A DNA stretch of 20,531 nucleotides, from NCBI GenBank assembly GCA_964534625.1, contig CAZHRF010000035.1, positions 13,578-34,108 of the forward strand. Reading direction: 5' to 3'. This document shows positions 16,555-20,531 of this stretch, piece after piece; position 1 is the first letter of the stretch; each line of letters starts with the position of its first letter. This DNA is from an uncultured archaeon (GTDB lineage: Archaea; Asgardarchaeota; Heimdallarchaeia; Heimdallarchaeales; Heimdallarchaeaceae). The notes under the pieces were generated by a model, which saw only the letters and a program-made list of their open reading frames with translations, did no database searches and had not been told where the DNA came from. The translations under genes were made by a program, and so were the position numbers.

Positions 16555-18816
16555 TTATTTTATTTCGAATATCGCTGTAATTTTATTATTGAGAAGATTC
16601 TCATATTCTTCAAAATTACTTAATGATTCATCAGGATATTTTTTAATATGTTCTATTATTTCTGACTGATTCAACCATTTGGCCAATTGCTCGAGTTGAC
16701 TTGAAATCTGATAACTATATTCATCTGTGACAATCATTAAGGTTAGGTTGGCTTTAAGTGAATAAAGAGCAAGTGTATACTTATCTTGTGTAATGCTAAA
16801 GATCCCTGTTGAACCAAACATTTGTTTTGAAAAAGACTTGATTGCACTTAATAATCCTGAAATTAAAATATCATCAAGATTGCTTTCTAAAATTTTTTTA
16901 CTGAAGTATGGTATGCCCGCATTCGAAAGCAACATAACCATATATACATTAGTCTTTTGTATATCAAGTTTAATATCAGCAGTAGAAAGAGTTTGTTCCA
17001 CAAGACTCAGACAAGATAAGATCTTCTCGCGCAGTACACGTTCGGGAAGCGATTGGATAAGTACCTCTTTTTGTTGCGTTTTTCTAAAATAGTTTATAAT
17101 TTTATGTAAAAAAGCGGGTCTTGTGCTCTTTTTATCAAGTTTTTTGAGATCAATATACAATTCTTTATACTTTTTAATTAGATAGTGACTTATTTCAATT
17201 GACTTATTTGTAAGTTCAGTTTTCTCTCTAATCTTTTTGAGTTTAGATTCAAAATAGCTAGGTTCAAGTTCGAAATTCTTCAAGAATAAGTTACAAAAGG
17301 CAATATAAACTTCTGTGATAAACTTATAATATTTGCTCGTTAGGTTCTCAGCTAAAAGACTAAACATTTTAGCGTGTTTCTTGATCTCCTTTTTTAAGGT
17401 TGAATAATGACCCAAATGGGCTCTAAGAAGCAGTGCCCTCAAATAAGTTGTAAAAATACTATAACTTAAACTGTACATTTCGTGTTGATTGGCTTCCATT
17501 AAACTACTATTTAACAACGAACATGCTGTTGATAAATTAAGTATTTTTAATTCAATTAATCCTTCATAAAGTGTTAGCCAAAATTGGAACGATTTGTCTT
17601 CTATATCTTCTGCACGTTTTTTTGCTAGATCTAAAATATAGTTAGATTCATCATACTTATCTAAATGTGTTGCTATTAAGGCCAAAAACGCCAATCTGTT
17701 TGGGAGTGTTTTTTCGTCTTGGACGAGGATATCTTTCAATTTATTGTATATAACTATAGTTTCTTCTTTCCATTCACTCTTATTGACCACAAGCTCAAGT
17801 AGTTGCATGCCAGTAACTATAACCTTGTAAAATTGTTGTTTGGCTAAATAGTGTAGATATACTTGATGTAAAGCAGCGATTGCTTTGTCAACTTGACCTT
17901 GTTTTCGATAATTAAGTGTTTGGTTACTTAAAGCTGCCATTTCTGCATCTTTGTCGGCAATTTCTTTAGCTAGGTGAATACTTTTATCAAAAAAATCTAT
18001 AGATAGATCAAGATTACCATAATCGGTGGCCACTGTGCCAAAGAGATTGTAAACAGCTGCTAAAATAGACCTGATAGGAAGGGATATGAAAAGATCTTTG
18101 TTTTCGTCCCATAATGCTAAAGCTTTGTCTAAGTGTTGAAGGCGGTGAAAATACCATCCTTTATTGATCAAGTATGACACTTTATATTTATTAAGTAGGG
18201 TAGTACATGCTTTAAGATTTGTGAGTTCATTGGTTTTTAAATATTCAGAAAATTTAGATAAAAACTTTTGATAGATAGATAACCGAAAGGCCAATTCTTT
18301 TGTCTTAATTCCAAAATCACTGGAAAGACAAAGAACCTCTAATGCTTCGCCATATATTAGAAAAGAATGAACTGATATATTTATTGCAGTAAATGAAGGT
18401 AAAAACTCTTTTGAGCTAGAAATATTGAGTACTTCAAATACGGTTTTTTCCCCTTTTTCAAATTGCTTACTATAAAGAAAATCTTTTGCAGAAACTATTT
18501 TTACAATGGCCTCATTAGAAAATTTTTTCTTAATGTCTGCTATTTTTGATTGGTACTCTGGGATGTTTTTACTAAGTCCTAAGAAAAGTTGAAATAAGAA
18601 AGAAAAATCTGTGCTAATTAGAGGTGAACTACTATCTAAAAGTGAAAGAACAGCATCTCCTAATTTGTACTGAAATTCTTGAAAAGTGTGTGTTGTTGTG
18701 TGTGTGTGTGTGATACTGTTATTTATCTCTTTTAGTAACAATTTTCGTGTATTTACAGATAACAGATTGATTAAATATTGATAATCTGCAGGAATTTTTT
18801 CTTTATTATAATTCAT
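16555..18816 (-). CDS. TPR/alpha-solenoid protein with C-terminal longin-like domain (753 aa)
   Basis: TPR-like repeats (YNLFGTVATDYGNLDLSIDFFDKSIHLA; LSNQTLNYRKQGQVDKAI). The C-terminal about 130 aa (16555-16950) read VYMVMLLSNAGIPYF...LISGLLSAIKSFSKQMFG. Confidence 0.82.
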   Translation of the reverse strand: MNYNKEKIPADYQYLINLLSVNTRKLLLKEINNSITHTHTTTHTFQEFQYKLGDAVLSLLDSSSPLISTDFSFLFQLFLGLSKNIPEYQSKIADIKKKFSNEAIVKIVSAKDFLYSKQFEKGEKTVFEVLNISSSKEFLPSFTAINISVHSFLIYGEALEVLCLSSDFGIKTKELAFRLSIYQKFLSKFSEYLKTNELTNLKACTTLLNKYKVSYLINKGWYFHRLQHLDKALALWDENKDLFISLPIRSILAAVYNLFGTVATDYGNLDLSIDFFDKSIHLAKEIADKDAEMAALSNQTLNYRKQGQVDKAIAALHQVYLHYLAKQQFYKVIVTGMQLLELVVNKSEWKEETIVIYNKLKDILVQDEKTLPNRLAFLALIATHLDKYDESNYILDLAKKRAEDIEDKSFQFWLTLYEGLIELKILNLSTACSLLNSSLMEANQHEMYSLSYSIFTTYLRALLLRAHLGHYSTLKKEIKKHAKMFSLLAENLTSKYYKFITEVYIAFCNLFLKNFELEPSYFESKLKKIREKTELTNKSIEISHYLIKKYKELYIDLKKLDKKSTRPAFLHKIINYFRKTQQKEVLIQSLPERVLREKILSCLSLVEQTLSTADIKLDIQKTNVYMVMLLSNAGIPYFSKKILESNLDDILISGLLSAIKSFSKQMFGSTGIFSITQDKYTLALYSLKANLTLMIVTDEYSYQISSQLEQLAKWLNQSEIIEHIKKYPDESLSNFEEYENLLNNKITAIFEIK
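18686..18712. repeat. Dinucleotide microsatellite (TG)8 plus (GT)4 in the 5' part of the TPR-longin CDS
   Basis: (TG)8 at 18697-18712 and GTGTGTGT at 18686-18693. Encodes THTHTTTHT at codons 36-44. Confidence 0.92.
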
Positions 18817-18817
18817 T

Positions 18818-18886
18818 ATATTAATGTACTTGGTTGAAATATATTAATGTACTTGGTTGAAATATATTAATGTACTTGGTTGAAAT
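18818..18886. repeat. Perfect 23-bp tandem repeat x3, 1 nt upstream of the TPR-longin start codon
   Basis: ATATTAATGTACTTGGTTGAAAT at 18818-18840, 18841-18863 and 18864-18886, with no spacers. Confidence 0.98.
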
Positions 18887-19080
18887 TTTAGTTGATAAAT
18901 ATTGCATTACATCTGTGTGCTGCATTACACATCCCTTTCTTTTACTACATATAGTCCCATTATCTGGGGGAGATGGAAAATTACTTACAATACAATAAAA
19001 AAAAAGTGTCTTTTTTTTGAAAAAATGCATGTATTTAGATTTGTTCTGAGGCGATTTCTGAAATTGAAACAAAAAAACAT

Positions 19081-19146
19081 AATATTTAAATATTTGCTTT
19101 ATTTTATTTCATATAACAAATCTTGGTTGCACATCAACCTGATTTG
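19081..19146 (+). promoter_or_regulatory. Putative promoter and inverted repeat upstream of the caspase-like gene
   Basis: Palindrome AATATTTAAATATT at 19081-19094 contains TTTAAATA. Inverted repeat CAAATC-TT-GGTTG-CACAT-CAACC-T-GATTTG at 19117-19146. Confidence 0.45.
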
Positions 19147-19157
19147 AAGTGATAAAG

Positions 19158-20504
19158 ATGAAAAAAAGAGCAATAATTGGTTTAATGGTCTTAACAGCCA
19201 TATTAATTGGGATTGTACCATCTAATGGAATGCACAGGGCACCTCCTGGCGCATCTATTGTACAAATAACCTCGCCTACTAACGGGGCTACTGTAAGTGG
19301 TACAGTAACAATCGAACTATCTAAGTCTGCAGATATCTACATTGATGAAGTAAAAGTAGCAAGTGGTGTTTCCTCATACAATTGGGATACAACCGCTTAT
19401 GCTGATGGATCTCATGTAATCCAAGCTCAAGGGAGCAGAGGTTACGATGCAGATCAAATATCTGTGACTGTTAATAACGGTGGAAGTACTCCTGAAGACA
19501 ATCCTCCGGTAGTACTAATCGAAAGTCCAGCAAGTGGAGCCACAGTAAGTGATACTGTTTCTATTCAAGTTTCTGTGACTGATGAAGATTCTTTAACTGC
19601 TGATATATACATTGATGGTTCATATGTGATTAGCGCTAACAGTTATAGTTGGGATACAACCGCTTATGCTGATGGTGTATATTCTATTTACGCTGAAGCT
19701 ACAGATAGTGCTAGTCAAACTGGTTCTGATGAGATATCTGTAACTGTTGATAATTCTGGTTCGGGAGAAGAACCCCCTTCAGGTGGCGATGGGATAGTTA
19801 ACAAATATGCTGTTATAGTGGGTATTTCCGATTATGAAGCAATAAGTGATCTATCTTACTGCGATGAAGATGCTAATGATATGTATGCTCATTTTAACTC
19901 CCTTGGTTATGAAGTAGAAGTTTATGGGGATCATACAAATTCATATACACACTATACCGGTTTGGCAACGGAAGCTAATGTTAAATCTGCTGTAGCCAAT
20001 ATGATCAATAAAGCTGATGAAGATGATATAATAGTATTCATTACTTCTGGTCATGGTGGAGCATATACGAATGGACCACCTCATAGCCGATATCAATACT
20101 TATGCATGTGGGATACAAATAGCGGAGAAGATGGTGAGGATGGTATTATTACCGATACTGAATTCCAAAATATGTTCGCTAGCATAGTTAGTAGAACATT
20201 CATATTCATAGATCACTGCTACGCTGGTGGTATGAATGAAGTTATGAATGTTGCTAATAGTCATCTCATTTACATGGCCACAACTTGTACCGATAATGGT
20301 TATGGCTATGATTACCCTTCAGCAGAAAATGGCGCATGGACACATTACTTCCTAGAAGTTGCTTGGCAGCAATATTATGGTGGATCAGCTACTGTATCGA
20401 TGGAAGATGTATTTGCTTATGCCCACTCCGTTTATCCTTATGGTGGCGGAGACGAACCTCAACAATTTGATGGAAATACGGGTAGCTACTTTTATGTAGT
20501 TTAA
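19158..20504 (+). CDS. Secreted caspase-like peptidase (C14 family) with two N-terminal bacterial Ig-like domains
   Basis: Signal peptide MKKRAIIGLMVLTAILIGIV. Two Big-type repeats (ITSPTNGATVSG / IESPASGATVSD...WDTTAYADG). C14 motifs KYAVIVGISDY, DEDA, TSGHG (His codon at 20052) and FIDHC (Cys codon at 20217). ATG 19158 preferred over GTG 19149. Confidence 0.88.
   Translation: MKKRAIIGLMVLTAILIGIVPSNGMHRAPPGASIVQITSPTNGATVSGTVTIELSKSADIYIDEVKVASGVSSYNWDTTAYADGSHVIQAQGSRGYDADQISVTVNNGGSTPEDNPPVVLIESPASGATVSDTVSIQVSVTDEDSLTADIYIDGSYVISANSYSWDTTAYADGVYSIYAEATDSASQTGSDEISVTVDNSGSGEEPPSGGDGIVNKYAVIVGISDYEAISDLSYCDEDANDMYAHFNSLGYEVEVYGDHTNSYTHYTGLATEANVKSAVANMINKADEDDIIVFITSGHGGAYTNGPPHSRYQYLCMWDTNSGEDGEDGIITDTEFQNMFASIVSRTFIFIDHCYAGGMNEVMNVANSHLIYMATTCTDNGYGYDYPSAENGAWTHYFLEVAWQQYYGGSATVSMEDVFAYAHSVYPYGGGDEPQQFDGNTGSYFYVV
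19382..19675 (+). repeat. 27-bp identical direct repeat in the duplicated Ig domains
   Basis: TTGGGATACAACCGCTTATGCTGATGG at 19382-19408 and 19649-19675, 267 nt (89 codons) apart. Confidence 0.9.
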
Positions 20505-20513
20505 ACCTGACCA

Positions 20514-20530
20514 TTTTTTTCTTTTTTTTT
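20514..20530 (+). terminator. Archaeal-type oligo-T terminator
   Basis: T7-C-T9 starting 10 nt after the peptidase stop. Confidence 0.65.
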
Positions 20531-20531
20531 A

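Noticed and set aside
1200-17092. Short overlapping track ORFs (1200-1460, 1712-1900, 3891-4076, 3961-4185, 3992-4189, 5481-5690, 6825-7007, 6937-7128, 8035-8343, 9579-9761, 10588-10851, 11373-11687, 12228-12461, 12289-12507, 12809-13015, 13489-13671, 14475-14720, 15109-15372, 16793-17092)
   Set aside because: Antisense or off-frame shadows of well-supported genes, with no recognisable motifs.
18818-18886. 23-bp repeats as a CRISPR array
   Set aside because: The units are head-to-tail with no spacers, and no cas genes are present.
18821-19147. Track ORFs 18821-19072 (-) and 18902-19147 (+)
   Set aside because: They overlap each other, run through repeats and A/T homopolymers, and have atypical composition. 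This is more likely a divergent promoter region.
16555-20504. TPR plus caspase as a Craspase/TPR-CHAT-like defence system
   Set aside because: The peptidase has a signal peptide and Ig domains while the TPR protein looks cytoplasmic. The genes are divergent, and there is no Cas7-11, gasdermin or STAND NTPase. Only possible co-regulation is retained.

Overview
AT-rich, gene-dense window with 16 complete CDSs and one 3'-truncated CDS (1444 to <1, minus strand) that the ORF track misses. It is most consistent with an Asgard archaeon, probably Heimdallarchaeia-like (inference). The support is two longin/roadblock-type proteins (one stand-alone, one at the end of a TPR protein), an archaeal-style REC-PAS-PAS-PAS histidine kinase, TATA boxes about 23-33 nt before start codons, and oligo-T terminators. 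Mixed in are bacterial-type genes: glyA, msrB, a cold-shock protein, a CocE/NonD hydrolase, a TrmO-FmdE fusion, DUF362, an HPPD-like VOC protein, DUF1295 and an acetamidase/formamidase. I saw no rRNA, tRNA, CRISPR array or transposase. The most unusual part is the divergent locus at 16.5-20.5 kb. The TPR-longin gene has three perfect 23-bp repeats directly against its ATG, and a repeat junction forms a TATA-like box at the canonical distance. The same gene has a (CA)8 microsatellite at codons 35-40, so it looks like a phase-variable contingency locus. It sits back-to-back with a secreted Ig-Ig-caspase-like (C14) peptidase gene whose upstream inverted repeat shares the CTTGGTTG core of the 23-mer. 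All family calls come from motifs recognised by eye; no database searches were run.
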